Assembly: GCA_002633005.1 (NCBI GenBank) | Contig: NMRA01000399.1 | Coordinates: forward strand, 1-64,000 | Source: Phoronis australis | Taxonomy: Eukaryota; Animalia; Phoronida | Length of the DNA: 64,000 nucleotides | Reading direction: 5' to 3' | Part shown: positions 25,561 through 39,966 of the stretch, piece after piece | Layout: every line of letters begins with the position of its first letter | How positions within the stretch are numbered: position 1 is the stretch's first letter | Made by a program: the position numbers and the translations under genes | Notes under the pieces: generated by a model | Database searches by the model: none | Told to the model about the DNA's origin: nothing | The model's input: the letters and a program-made list of their open reading frames with translations, nothing else

Positions 25561-25677
25561 GGCAGTGTGGCCTAATGAGATAAGTGACCAAGGTTGTGGC
25601 TTCGTGTCCAGCTGAGGCACACTGCTGGACTATCAAGTTAGGTCTCTGGCTGGACAGCTCGGTTCTATCTATATCTT
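25561..25677 (+). mobile_element. Degraded tRNA-derived SINE-like fragment
   Basis: A-box-like GGCAGTGTGGCCTAATG and B-box-like GGCTTCGTGTCC. No intact cloverleaf; TCTATCTATA tail. Confidence 0.45.
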
Positions 25678-28304
25678 AATTATTAAAGTTGACGTCATTA
25701 TTTTAAGAAGGTCAAAAGGTCAACCTTCTGACCTAGTTTTTAGTTGTGTTCCATTTGAAAATGAAAGTATGGTAAAGTATCTTCATATTAGAATGCAATA
25801 TTGAGAAAACAAGAAATTTTATCAAAATTTTTAACAAGGAAACCAATTTACTTCATCACTAGAAACTGTACATAGTGCAGTTGTAATCAAAAACGACTAA
25901 ACGTCACACGTTTTTGGCAATACAGTGAACATTTGTAAAATGAAGTTAAAATTTTGGCATTAATTTTGTTTGAATTTGAAGACAGACTTTACCATAGACT
26001 TCGGGCATTTAGTGGAACTGGAAGGAAAAGTTTTTGAAAGTGGCCTTTTAACGAGATGTTTTTAATTGAAGGAATTGTGAACAGAACAGAGGATGATTTT
26101 GTTATATGCCGAGTTTATTTTCGAAACAACTGATGAAGTGAATTCGAAATCTGTTCCCAAAAATTGCAGCAGGAATGAGTAGCAGTGGTGGCATATCAAA
26201 TGATGACCAAGATGTGTAGTAAGGAGAAGTCATGATTCTAATGGATGGTTCAGTTTTGCAGAGAAGTCATTAGTCTGAAATAAATCATTTTGTTGTTTTT
26301 TAAAAGCATTTTTATTCAAAATTCTTCAGTATGAAAACAAATTTAAAGAAATTGTACACTTTGCTTTGAAGGAAATTATAGACAACTGCTTTGGAAAAAC
26401 CAAAAAATCGTAATTTCATATTAAAGTAAGTAACAGCACGTATAATTTATAAACACTTTATTCAGAGCTTCAGGTTATATCGAGTTCTGAAAATAGGAAA
26501 CAAGTATTTATACACAAGAACCATCAAATGTTATGAAAGTTGCTCTTGAAGATCAGGGCCGAGGAGTTATAATCTAAATTCTGACATAACTAAGACACAA
26601 ACTCAACCAATTGTCACATTATTAGGGAACAACTTTGCAAGTCGAAGTGTGCCATGCAATAAGTCACTTGTCTAGAGTAATTTCAGGGTCAGAGGTACGA
26701 CCAGATTCCTCTTGCATCGGTATTCCCTGTTTCTCATAAGCAATAAGCACAGCTAACAACAAACTTCCATTTTGTCAAGGCCAGTACGTAATGACGGATC
26801 ACAACTTGTCAACGGACCACTTCTGCTGTAGATTTTTGTTTGCTCTCCATTGACAATGCGTGGAAATCTGCCAGCGGTCAGCCATAGTGAACTTTACATC
26901 ACTTATTCAAAATATCGTATCCTTGGACGTGACGACGTGTTTACCAAACATGCTTCAGGCTTGTGATGCGTTGCCAAGTTGTCTACTTCAAGCAGAACAC
27001 ATGTATTAACAAAACTCTTTTCTCACAAGTACAATTCTTTTCTTACAACTTCACAAATCAAATCTCCCAAAATAGTAATAAAGATGAGGATGCATGAAAC
27101 ATTTCTTTTCCCATTGAACCGCAGTTTCTTTCGCTCCAACACTGTTGAAATAATGGCAACACACAACAAAACGAAAGTAATCGCACAAAAAACGCTTCTC
27201 TGTAATGATGGCTAATTCTGTGAACTATTATGGCAGCAAAATTCTAATTACAAAATAGTTTAGCCACGTTACTAACAATCGTGTTAGTTTCCCTTCATTC
27301 ATTCTCGGTCATCAGGGGAGACTACTCTCGACGGTCATCAGGGGAGACTACTCTGACGATGAATTTGGCATGATGGAGAATTATGGGTAATTTGTCTGAA
27401 TATGTTTGGCTTGAACTGTAATCGTGTCAAGAGAAAAATAGAGGTCGTGAGAAACTCACTGCATCAATGAGAAAATACCTAAATTTTAAAAGAGAACACC
27501 GGTGTGATATGAGAGATTGCATCAATATAGCCCATGTGATCTGTGAGAGAAGATTGCATCAATATAGGAACAGCGTAAATATTGTGTCACAAAAATTGAA
27601 CAGGAATTCAAAGATAACGTCACAAATTTTTGACAAGCTGACACTATCATGATCTACCGATTCAAATATATCACCAAATTGGTACTTTTCTAATCACTTG
27701 AATTAAAAGTTTTCTTGATATTAAACGAAGCATCAGCACAGGATATCGAATTGTAGCAATACGTCTATGCTTAATTAAAATTACTTCAGCATCACTCTCC
27801 TCAACAGACAATCATTCCTGCCCAATAGTCAAAACAGTCTTGCATGTAGAAAAATAACACTTCAAAGTACTTACAAAAATCCATCGCCAACCATTAGTTT
27901 GCCTCCAAAAATAATGAAACGAAGCATATTTTTAAAGTAAGTTACACTGGAACAACAGTTACACGTCATTCACTTTAAGATTTTGTGTTTGCAAGGTGAA
28001 ATACGTGATTGCGGAAGAACGACAAAAGGGAACAAGACTTATACTACACGAAAAACATAAAATTGCTTGATGAACAAAAACATACTTCAGACACTGATTT
28101 GTCACTAAGACACAGATGAGGAATTAGTTGACAATTGCCCTTAAACCACAGCTTGATCTATGCATCTTAACGGCACAAATTTCTGTTCAGTAACATATAT
28201 CTCCGCCCCCTCCACAGGCTCCACCCCTAATGCATGTTAGGTGACTCCCCTTGTACATGCCACGACCTATCTACACGCTACACCCTGACACAAGCCACGC
28301 CCCT

Positions 28305-31300
28305 CTACATGCCAGGCAGATCACTCATGCTCTTTTCACGTGACTCCGTCCACGCCTTGGCAATGGTTCTCTTCATCTCATCATCTCCATCTTCATACAT
28401 CTTCTTCATCATGTTCATCAGACTCTCCTGCGGATCTTGGCTTTCGTCGTATTTTGGCATTTTGCTTAAATGAACGTAAGTTTTGAACTAAGTTTTATAA
28501 CAGCAACACAACTATGACGAAATGAGCATCAGGGCCCAGTTGCATAAAAGTTATACGTCGTATAGCAACAATGACATCGCATTATCATGCGTCACGTTGT
28601 TATTGTTGAACAATGCACCTCATGTCAGCGGATAACTTTTGAAGCTTTATGCAACCCACCCTGGTCAGCATGACATGTGACTGGCACATGACTGGCACAC
28701 GAGCCCACTGATGGACAGTTCAGCTGGTGGATTCCACGTAAAGTGACTGAGAAACACTTCAATTATAAATTCATGTCTGATTTTCGCACGGCATGAAAAG
28801 AATCTCAAAATCAAAAAGTAAATAGTCATGCCATCTCTTGAAAAGACAATTGAATCGATTGATTGCTCACATGAAATAAATGATTAACTGACAGTTACAG
28901 CATTAAACATCAATTTTCCTTAATGTTTACCATTGTACAGTTGAGGTGCATGGCACAAATGTATTTTTTTTCTTTTGACAGGTGATTATACAGTAATAGT
29001 GCCCCAATACCCGCGACAAAAAACCACCTAAACTTACTCCTTGCTCTCTTTCGCATCAGCTTCTCGCTTTGTCACATAAGCCCAAGTCTTCACCTCTGAT
29101 TTCTTCAACATAACCAACACACTATCGGCCTTCACCTTAAAGCAAGTTAAGCAGAATGCTTCAACAGTATAAAGTAAAGACGGACATCGGTATAATATAT
29201 TAAAATATTCCCTGCATTTAGAGCGGTATGCACTTTATCAAGGGTGTGACACAGACTGATAGATAGATATGTGACGCAGCACAGAAGATGACATGGTGAC
29301 GTACAACAAGAACAATATGGATCCTAACAAGCCACAGAGGGAGCATGCATGAAGAGACGAAGAATCTCAACAGAAAAAGGTGCCTAACGTATATTATTCA
29401 CTGCACACTTGCAATGATATACCTACGTCCCTGTTTAGACCTCTGGCGTGGCTATAGAATGTGGCAATGAACTCAGCCTCGTACGTTCTCCGAGAGTTGA
29501 TATAAGGCAATCGCCTTTAACTACTAACACATTAATGTCACTGATAGTGTGTCCCACAAGATTGAAATGATTCCCGGTGAGGACCACCTTATTGTTGTGC
29601 AGGATCATCTGTTTATGGCCGTTCATTCTCGTGCGTAATGGGTTACAAGTCTCCTCAAAATACAAAGCGCGAGGACAACACATCTAATCAGATAAGCAGT
29701 ACAGGCACTTGAGCATGTGAGCTTATTGCCGATTCCATACGAGACACCATCAAGGCCTGTAACAGACTCCTCTGATATACGAGTGCAAGTCGAGCACCTC
29801 CGTTTCTCACATCTCACAGCAGGGACTCATCTAGGATTTGAAAATTGGGGGTCCAAATTCGTGAGACTGATGAGTCGTGCAAAGCGTAAATCTGAGGCAC
29901 ACAGCGCTGATGGAGGGGGGGGGGGAACCTGGGGCGCCCAGCGCTGATGGGGGGGAAGGTGGGGGTGAAGCTCCCCTCACCCGCTGAGGAAAAAAATTGT
30001 TACATAAAAAAGGTCATTTCCTTGCATTTTATTTAGCACACTGTTTGCGTGTCTTTTTCTTGTTCAAAGGATGGCACATAGGGAAACTAAACAAAAATTA
30101 GGAGGTTTGTTCCATTCAGGATTTGTGTATATTGTCACTAGACTGCAAAAATCAAGATCTGTAAATATTTTTAGTAAGATAATCTGTGTAGAGTTGCATG
30201 TTAGACAGATAATCCACAGCATGAGTACAGTACTCAATGTATCTTGAAACTCTCAAAATAGAAGTGTACTACTTTAATGCAGCTGAGAAACCATTTAAAA
30301 TTATGAGAAGACAATGAAGTCGCATTCGAAAGGACCTGAAGAAATATATCCTAGAGTACTTGTCTACGTTTCATTACATCGCACAGTACTGCAATTCACG
30401 AGTCCACAAAAACAAGGCCATATCCTCAACAAATTCACAACTCAGTATCACCAGTGCTCAACACGGGCGAAAATCTCCGCTGGAAAATAGAAGTGACGGC
30501 GTATGTGCACTCGCACGTTTATACCAGGACTTAGCTTCGTAAAGGATCGTGACCAAAAAACGTCGAAACTCAGTGTTTGAATTTGGCATTCGTATTTTTA
30601 CGTTTCTAAATGTTTTTCCGAGCGCTTTACTCGTAAATTTCACGTTGTTTGGCTACGAGCGTCGCCAGTGGTCGCCGCGGACATCGTAGTTGTTAACGTC
30701 TTCTGCATTGCATTATAAGTGGACGCTTTGTTGAATTGAAACTTACAAGGTCGAAAGTCAATCACAGTCTTTCATAGTACGCTACAAGAAATTTATTCTT
30801 AAAAAGAACCATTCTTTTCTTGCAATTTAAGAGCCTGGTTCACGGCCGAGGTAACAGAAGCTGTGCACGTGACTGGCTGACCAATTTTTTCCATACACGG
30901 CACGCAGTGCCACACACAGAGGATAAACTCGAATCGCCCAATAATCATGGAATTCAACAAAAAGTTGAACTATTTCGAGGCAATTTACTATCATGCTAAG
31001 TTAGTCATTGAATACGTAACCAACATTACACACCACATTTTTTTCTCGTAAAGTTTGCACTGCATTTTCGCGCATCAATAGAAGTAGTTCGGCTGTGCGG
31101 ATTTTTTTGATAATTTTTCATTCATTCGTTCGACTTGCAACGGAACTATGCGAACAAATTAAGGAAGTTTGCGCCAAGTTTTATCTGGTTTGCATGTTCA
31201 ACGACATTGATGGCATTTGTATGGCAGGTCAGTGCTACAATTTTGGCGGGTATCATTTTTTTCGAAGTGTATGTTCTCAGCTATTTCAAATTGGCTACTC

Positions 31301-34300
31301 CGCCGAATAAATCGAGTGCCGCTTCAACTTCCGCGTCGGCAACTAGCATTAGGGGTACGGCAAATCCTTTGAAGTTCGGGTGTGGGTTCTTTAATTTAAA
31401 AGATTAAGTGTCCATGTACGGTTAGTTAGCGCTGGATGCAATACTTCTCGACACTAGCCGTGCGGGGGATTACGTATGAAGTCACCTTGACGTCACAGAA
31501 AAGGAAGGTATTTCCCAAAGATGGCTGCCAGTATTTGCCGATCGTCATTGTGACATTTATAGTAAAAAGAGACGGCAAAAGTTTCTAATGTCGAGTTATT
31601 TCTTAATATTTAGCGAACTTAAACAATGAATTGTAGGTTTCAATAAAATTTATTAATAATAATCAAATGTTAAAATTCTTCATTTAGCCATCATTTTCAC
31701 CGAGGTTGTCTTGGAACAGGCAGTCTTTTTTCCGTCTTGGCTGTGCCGTCCAAAGCCGTCATAGATAAATCCCTGTCTCACAGAGCCCACCTGTAGGTGA
31801 TCTGCATTTATAAACCTGATTGTAACTACAATTTTCCTCAGGATGCTGGCTATAGACGTGGCCTGCTGAGGAAAACATTAGTTAATTGCTCTTCGTCCGA
31901 GTTCATCAAAAATCATGTTCAGTCCTTTCGTCACAAGTTTGTATCCTGGTGTGAATCAACATGCTCTTATCTTGCCTATTCACCTGGTCCTTAAGGATCA
32001 GGAGTTGCTCCTTAGAGATAGATTGTACCTTGGATAGAGTGTCAGATACCAAACACAGTTCATAACCCCTTTCAACAAACCTAGTGGACAACAGTCCACC
32101 TTCTCTACAGAAATCCTCATCGTCTGTGCATATGTGGAGATGGTGAACACCCTGACTGTAAATAATAGACAGCTTAAAATGAGGGGTGGAACACTATATT
32201 AGTGATTCTTCATCATGAAGACATCACTACATTTTCAATTTTTTTTTTGAAAAAACTGACCTTGAACTTGCTTGTCTCTGGAATTATGGGATACATGAGA
32301 TGTGAGACGCCGAGTCGATAATTCTTTCCATTTAGCTCACGAATAAGTAGATGAAAGGAGCTGGAAGAAATTGTGAAAGACAATTTATTCACTATTAACA
32401 CATCCAATGATATTTGACTTCATTGAGGGTTATCACACACATTGACAAAATGCAAGGAGTCAAAAGTCTCAAAACAACCACCGGACTTAAGTGCAGGTTC
32501 CTGTGAAGCCTCCTTGGCCCTTCATTACAAGTTCACACAAACACGGCGACAGCACATCAGTATTTCCGTGTTAATTTCTTATTTTTTGCTTATTACTTAG
32601 ATTTGTCTTTCATTTTGTAATTATGTTTTTGTCTTGCTATCTGTTTGTTATTTACTGAGGGCCCCCATGGAATGCAGTGTGAACTGATGGGGCTACCCTC
32701 ATTGTAACTATTTCATTAATAAATAATAAATAAACAACTATAAAGATGTTATAAACATACATTTGCCCATTAAAACACAGTTTGTATAACTTTCTCTTGT
32801 AATTGGCCTTAACTTGTAGCTCACTCAGATGATTTGTGAGCTGAAGAAGAATTAATAGTTTGGTTGTGCTCCGTGCAATAAACTCCAGATTCATAGTGAT
32901 CGCTAAAGACACACCATGACAAGCTCAATCATCGAGCTTCATACAGAACAATAGACACATCACGACAAGCTCAATCATCGAGATTCATACAGAACAATAG
33001 ACACATGATGACAAACTCAATCATCAAACTTCATACAATAAGAAACTGCCAGCTGTTACTAAGCCCAATAACTAACTTTAATATGAGAATGGAGACCAGA
33101 TTTATAGCAGTAACTGTACAACATTATAAGTTGTTTTTTTCACAGGAGGATTTACACTACTTATGACTAAATGTAACTGGAAAAAATTCTATAAATTGTT
33201 ACAAAAAACAATCTTTGCCGAGTTAAGTCTAATAATTATGCAATAGAAATACCCAAGCTGTTGTTCATATACTACATGGAACTTTGCATTACAGCTCAGC
33301 ACACAAGGATAACAGACATCATTCAATTAACTGTTTTTACAATGGCTGACAAGCTCAGCATACCAGGATAAAAAATTAATAAAGTTTGCACGGATACAAC
33401 TGCATGAGTGAAAAACGCGAACCTGATCGTCTCTTTCTAAACAGCTTAACAGCATTTCATTTTTAAAACCTCGTTAATAAAGCCCATATTGAATACTAAC
33501 CTTTGTGTAAACTCACACGTCACATTCTCTTGAGGCAACTTTCCGACTCCGTCAGCAGTCACATAGATCTTCATAAACTTATCAGACTGATCCCATGCTG
33601 AATGTATGAAAAAAACATGAATGTATGACGAAACAACCGATAGGACACCTCAGAACTGTTTATAATGGTAAGACACAATTTATACAAGTACAATCATTGA
33701 ACATCACAGAATAGCGGAGTTGCAACGCCGCCATATTGGAAATGGGTCAGAATGTTGCATTGTGGTTAAGCCGGTAAACAAGTACGTCGGCAAGCGTGGG
33801 GGCGAACCGGCCACAGGGAGGTTATACGCGTTGTGTGCCTGGCATGCAATAATACCAGTCAGCGAGATAAAAAATTTAGTAACTACCTGTTTCCCAAGGA
33901 TCAAGAACTGCGTTAAACATGGGTCAGAGACATTAGTAGAGATGGTAGCAAAGGACGACTTCGTGAATTCTTTCCGACTTGGTAGCATAAAGTATGCAGC
34001 GCTCATTTTGAGGGCGGCAAGAAAACGTATCTTGACAACTGCCCAACAATATCTCCCTTCAAAGAAACAGTAACAAAATACTCTACGGCGTTTGGTAGTG
34101 AAAAAAAATCTTGTTTTCGCTTGACCAGAACCAAGCCAACATGAGCAATTTTGAGGATAATGCCTCTGCACAATCACCTGTTCTGGGTCAACACACTTAA
34201 CGTACGCTCACTATATGTATTACGCGCTAGGATAAAGCGTGCAGAATATTATTATTTACTTTCTACAAAATTGTGGTGCATTGCTATCAAAATTCATTGT

Positions 34301-36510
34301 TAAATTACGATCATTTTTCATAAAATTGTGTTGGAAGTCCCAGGGTGAAATCTTGCCGACAAATGCGTAGCTGCCGGTCTCGCAATCGTCGATAGGGCTT
34401 GAATTCTTGAATAAGAATACAGCTTCGACTCAACAAATTACCTGAAATCCTCCTCAAGTTTTCCAAATAGCGTCTCTAAGATTTTTAAATCCTTGTGGAT
34501 TAACTGCAGATTAAGTCCAAATCTGCGCTAGATTGTAGCCCGCAACACGATAAAAATCTCTGGAGGAACACACGTTGTTGTCATGTAACGTTTGTTTTGA
34601 AGTTTGTATGCGTGTGTGTGACAGTAAGCGTGCGTGTGCTTGTCATCAGAGTTCATTTGCCAGAGTAATGTAATGACCTAGGTGTGCATTGTATCCAAAG
34701 AAATTAAGTCAAGCAGTCAAGCAGAGCGTGTTTTAATATTTAGTTTAGCACTTGCTGGCCTCATCTGCTAAAAAATGTTTGAGAATTTTTTCGGTAAGAC
34801 CGAAATGTCATTCATTGAGTCGCCGGGTGAGTAGATGCTTGACGGTAGTGTAACAGCTATTTTCCGGAAGATTTGGGGTGCAAGGGTGCGAAGTGGGTCA
34901 TTTTGACCTTAAAAACACCAATTACGATTAGTTAAATAATTTCTCTTCAAAAAATGCAAAAGTTTTTTACGGTATTAGAAACTTTCGGAAATTAGTGTCA
35001 ATATTTATTTGCCGATGCTTTGTTACCCGTTTCATGAATAGATAGTTCCCGACTAAATGTCTTCGATGACAGCCGGTACATTATGCAGCTCGCGCTTCTT
35101 GGCCGCGTGCTAACACTGGTCGATTTTTTATTAGTCTTCGATTCACGGTTTTCACGTGTACAAAGAAGTTTGGATTCCTGTTGAGGCCGGAGAAGATCTT
35201 TAACTGAAAGAAACAATGCAAGGCCGCTGACAAGTACGCTGCATCTCTTTTCAAAGTCCACACCCGCGTACTGGGGCACATCCCTCTCAAGAGCAGCAAA
35301 ACTTCTGCGTTCTTTTTGAATCGCGACGTAAGTTTGAAGTGTATACGGACATAACGGTGAGGCTCGTGGTCTGCAAATTCAGGACTGTCGGATCTTTCAA
35401 TTGATAAATTGGAGACGTTAGAACTGTAGGTAAGGGCATTTTTCGCATGTAGTTCATGGGCTGGGCGCTTACTTTAGCAAAGTCTGAAAACGCGTTGGGG
35501 CACTTGTTGGGGCATGGGCGCTTATTAGGGCGAATAGCGGCAGAATTGCATACAGCAGCATAGTTTAATGCACACAAATCACACGTCATGCAAACCAATC
35601 GGCCATTCCATTTACCCTTATCAATCCCAATAGCCTTTGCGCACCCTAATTTCCGGACATGCGCAATCGTTAAATCGGTTCGGTTGCAACTCCGCTATTG
35701 CACAATGTGCGTGAAATCAAAACCCCGACATTTGCAGTCATGCGACATTTTGTAAGACAACAGCAATTTTTTACACACAAGAAGGAACGTCCATTGAATG
35801 TGTGATTTCATGGTTGAAATTATGAATTTTAAGTTACTCCGTGCATGTGACCAAAGATTTGCAACTTATGAATTCGACAAAACAAATTTTGAGAATGTTC
35901 AACAAGCCAAACATAAAACAGGGTTTTTGAAGACCAAAAAGTGACCACTAACAAATAGCTCTAGTGCCTGAAACTGATGTTCTATATTGTGGCTACCAAT
36001 AACGCTACGCCATGTTCAAGTTGCATACTGTGGCTACCAATATTTTGTAAACTTCTTGGCATTCACAATACTGTTAAAGTTTTATGAAAAATGAAAAAAA
36101 AAACTTTAGAAATTATTCTTGTGCAAGATGTGACTTTACTGAAGCCTCGGCTGAAATGTGTGAGTTCGACAGTTTCTCTTGGATACTTTCAAACATCGAC
36201 AGCATGTCCTTCACCCCATATTTAAAAGGTTATTTACAAGAAAAAGCTTCTAAACTTTAGACTGAATTAAGGTGATTGTCAACACACCATAGTTCTCAAC
36301 ATTGACCGTGTATGTCTTTGGTACCCTGACTTGAGAACCCTCAGTTTTGCTCGATGAGTTCGCCGATGGTTCAGACACTGGCGCTTCCTTCTCCTCTAAG
36401 GTCAGAATAGATGTCTGAAGCTTGCGCACCTCCATCGCTAGAATGTCTCGCACCTTCTCCCGTGTCGTTAGGCCCAACAGGCGTTTAAACTCTTCTAGGT
36501 CATACTTAAG
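28305..36510 (-). CDS. CACYBP: Calcyclin-binding protein / Siah-interacting protein (first short coding exon not located)
   Basis: Exons are 36510-36288 ([12 protein letters not shown]...YTVNVENY), 33597-33501 ([14 protein letters not shown]), 32360-32261 ([14 protein letters not shown]), 29135-29038 ([12 protein letters not shown]...W) and 28464-28305 ([38 protein letters not shown] domain, TAG). All introns are GT-AG with consistent phases, 226 codons. Confidence 0.93.
28531..28663. mobile_element. Short MITE (Harbinger-like ends) in the last CACYBP intron
   Basis: GGGCCCAGTTGCATAAAAG ... CTTTATGCAACCCACCC imperfect TIRs. Confidence 0.5.
29435..32215 (-). mobile_element. Penelope-like retroelement remnant (end of RT plus GIY-YIG endonuclease), frameshifted and split by a hAT insertion
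   Basis: 32215-31900 reads [12 protein letters not shown]...ICTDDEDF...[10 protein letters not shown] (PLE RT C-terminal part). 29819-29435 reads [10 protein letters not shown]...LTCSS..AYLIRC...[17 protein letters not shown]...[16 protein letters not shown] (PLE GIY-YIG). Confidence 0.85.
29820..31775. mobile_element. Non-autonomous hAT transposon
   Basis: TIRs CAGGGACTCATCTA / TAGATAAATCCCTG, with a perfect 8-bp TSD TCTCACAG at 29812-29819 and 31776-31783. Confidence 0.88.
33713..35696. mobile_element. Non-autonomous DNA transposon with a perfect 14-bp TIR and AT TSD, absent from the duplicate copy of the locus
   Basis: AGCGGAGTTGCAAC ... GTTGCAACTCCGCT flanked by AT. The empty site CAGAATTGCAC is at ~38432-38442. 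It contains a pogo/Tigger-like fragment related to 46996-47680. Confidence 0.9.
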
Positions 36511-36529
36511 CTGTAACAAGAGAATCTGA

Positions 36530-36637
36530 ATGAGGTTCACAGATCAGAGGAGTGAGGTTCATAGAAGATCAGAGGAGTGAGGTTCACAGAAGATCAGAGG
36601 AGTGAGGTTCATAGAAGATCAGAGGAGTGAGGTTCAG
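36530..36637. repeat. ~25-bp minisatellite next to the CACYBP acceptor (also at 39270-39400)
   Basis: AGAAGATCAGAGGAGTGAGGTTCA(C/T) repeats. Confidence 0.85.
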
Positions 36638-36979
36638 TGACAGTTTTTCCTCAGCACGTGAGACGATAATGAGTACACCCCAGTACGCAGCAACAGCGTG
36701 GGATGTTGACTGACTCATAAGCAAAAGCATACGACGACCGAACTTATCACAACCGAGGTAGAACAATGACTGACTCGACTGCTCTCACAGTTGGACTATA
36801 TGAAAACAAATTGGCGCGAAATTCTTGCCTCCCAAAACGTCACTTCCTGAGTAGATGACGAGTAATTAATTAAATTACGAAAAGCAGTAACTAAGTGAAA
36901 AATATGTTTGGGATAATCAACAAACCTTATTTTTGCTAAAAGCAGCTAAAACTGACATGAAAAAAGGTTGCCTTCGTCT
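36638..36979. mobile_element. Right end of the Kolobok-like element, left by a deletion
   Basis: Matches ~41154-41484 and shares the same downstream flank (TTAATGTCAAGGTCGCG). Confidence 0.85.
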
Positions 36980-38225
36980 TTAATGTCAAGGTCGCGAATG
37001 TGTGAACTTGGAATACACTAGGAAACTTATCAATTTCACTCAAATAATCATATTGATGTTGATAAAAATTTGCACAATACTACAGCAAATTATATACTGG
37101 GGAACCCAATGGTCGTCCGCCTAAGCATAAAACCGACTTGCTGTTGTACTCACCGAATTATTCCACTTCAAAGTTATGATCTGAATAGGATTCAATTTAA
37201 CTCTCACAGATATACCGCATTCATCGATTCGGAAGTTTTCATTAATTTGTGCCGAGTTATTTCAAATGTGCACTGCCTTCGGCAGCCATTTTATTGTGAC
37301 ACCTAAGGTCGTCATATGCTGCCCCCTTTTGTAAAAACTGAGAAACATGCAGAAAAAGGCCAACGAAGCAATGAAAATTGCAACAGCCTGTTTTTATTGA
37401 CATAAACTCGATTTGAAGCTTTGATGTTGAGCTCTGCACTGTGGTTTCCAATAAAAGCCAATTGGACAACATTTCAATGCAGTTTAATGGTGAATGTGTG
37501 AGGAAAAAATGTTAAGAACCCAGCGTATTGCATTTATCTGCGGATTTTTCTTTTGGCCTTCTAGATCCTACTAGTGCCTGGGACAAACAGATACATTGCA
37601 TAAACAAACCCTGNGATCCATACAGAACAATAGACACATCACGACAAGCTCAATCGTCGAGCTTCATACAGAACAATAGACACATCACGACAAGCTCAAT
37701 CATCGAGATTCATATAGAACAATAGACACATAATGACAAACTCAATCATCAAACTTCATACAATAACAAACTGCCAGCTGTTACTAAGCCCAATAACTAA
37801 CTTTAATATGAGAATGGAGACCAGATTTATAGCAGTAACTGTACAACATTACAAGTTGTTTTTTTCACAGGAGGATTTACACTACTTATGACTAAATGTA
37901 ACTGGAAAAAATTCTATAAATTGTTACAAAAACAATCTTTGCCGAGTCAAGTCTAATAATTATGCAATAGAAATACCCAAGCTGTTGTTCATATATTACA
38001 TGGAACTTTGCATTACAGCTCAGCACACAAGGATAACGGACATCATTCAATTAACTGTTTTTACAAGGGCTGACAAGCTCAGCATACCAGGATAAAAAAA
38101 TTAATAAAGTTTGCATGGAGACAACTGCACGAGTGAAAAACGCGAACCTGATCGTCTCTTTCTAAACAGCATAACAGCATTTCATTTTTAAAGCCTCGTT
38201 AATAAAGCCCATATTGAATACTAAC

Positions 38226-39250
38226 CTTTGTGTAAACTCACACGTCACATTCTCTTGAGGCAACTTTCCGACTCCGTCAGCAGTCACATAGATCTTCATA
38301 AACTTACCAGACTGATCCCATGCTGAATGTATGAAAAAAACATGAATGTATGACGAAACAACCGATAGGACACCTCAGAACTGTTTATTATGGTAAGACA
38401 CAATTTATATAAGTACAATCATTGAACATCACAGAATTGCACAATGTGCGTGAAATCAAAACCCCGACATTTGCAGTCATGCAACATTTTGTAAGACAAC
38501 AGCAATTTTTCACACACAAGAAGAAACGTCCATTGAATGTGTGATTTCATGGTTGAAATTATGAATTTTAAGTTACTCCGTGCATGAGACCAAAGATTTG
38601 CAACTTATGATTTCGACAAAACAAATTTTGAGAATGGTCAACAAGCCAAACATAAAACAGGGTTTTTGAAGACCAAAAAGTGACCACTAACAAATAGCTC
38701 TAGTGCCTGAAACTGATGTTCTATATTGTGGCTACCAATAACGCTACGCCATGTTCAAGTTGTATACTGTGGCTACCAATATTTTGTAAACTTCTTGGCA
38801 TTCACAATACTGTTAAAGGTTTATGAAAAATGAAAAAAAATTTAGAAATTATTTTTGTGCAAGATGTGACTTTACTGAAGCCTCAGCTGAAATGTGTGAG
38901 TTCGACAGTTTCTCTTGGATACTTTCAAACATCGACAGCATGTCCTTCACCCCATATTTAAAACGTTATTTACAAGAAAAAGCTTCTAAACTTTAGACTG
39001 GATTAAGGTGATTCTCAACACACACACCATAGTTCTCAACATTGACCGTGTATGTCTTTGGTACCCTGACTTGAGAACCCTCAGTTTTGCTCGGTGAGTT
39101 CGCCAATGGTTCAGACACTGGCGCTTCCTTCTCCTCTAAGGTCAGAATAGATGTCTGAAGCTTGCGCACCTCCATAGCTAGAATGTCTCGAACCTTCTCA
39201 CGTGTCGTTAGGCCCAACAGGCGTTTAAACTCTTCTAGGTCATATTTAAG
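38226..39250 (-). CDS. CACYBP: Second near-identical copy of two CACYBP exons (39250-39028 and 38322-38226); probably the other haplotype
   Basis: Near-identical to 36510-36288 and 33597-33501, with a few substitutions (PSANSSS vs PLANSPS; WDQSDK vs WDQSGK). The block lies between single-N joins at 37614 and 41733. Confidence 0.8.
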
Positions 39251-39802
39251 CTGTAACAAGAGAATCTGAATGAGGTTCACAGATCAGAGGAGTGAGGTTC
39301 ATAGAAGATCAGAGGAGTGAGGTTCACAGAAGATGAGAGAAATGAGGTTCACAGTTGATTAGAGAAGTGAGGTTCACAGTAAACCAGATGAGTGAGGTAA
39401 GGGATTCACATTTAGGAATGTGAGGCGGTACCCACTCAAGGCATGCTTTGAAATCCAATTTTGCAATCGGAGGAAACATGAACAAAGTGTATTAGAGCCA
39501 CTGCGACTAGTAACTGAAATCTTGTGATTTATTGTACGTAGAAAAAATATGAAAAACACACTCGAGACTGAAATCTTACATACTTCCGAGACTTATGCAC
39601 CTGTAAAGTAGTGCACCTCTGTAATACTGCCATGTAACCAAAATACAAGTTATTTGATAACAGTAATAATGCATATAGAATGTAGCAAATACTTGTAGTG
39701 TTACGGTTCACAATAGCTTTTTATTTGTGAAATTACTCATTTTGTTGAATAATAAAACATTTTGTGTTTGCCTTGAGGTGCAATAGTCAGGCTGATACAG
39801 AA

Positions 39803-39966
39803 TTGACACACATAGCCACTAAACATTGACACACACAGCCACTAAACATTGACACACACAGTCACTAAACATTGACACACACAGTCACTAAACATTGACA
39901 CACACAGTCACTAAACATTGACACACACAGCCACTAAACATTGACACACATAGCCACTAAACATTG
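39803..39966. repeat. ~23-bp minisatellite
   Basis: CATTGACACACACAG(C/T)CACTAAA repeated about 7 times. Confidence 0.9.

Noticed and set aside
25561-25640. tRNA gene
   Set aside because: Only A/B-box remnants with no complete cloverleaf; treated as SINE-like.
25683-27978. Possible TTAA-bounded decayed transposon
   Set aside because: The putative termini match poorly and no transposase motif could be read.
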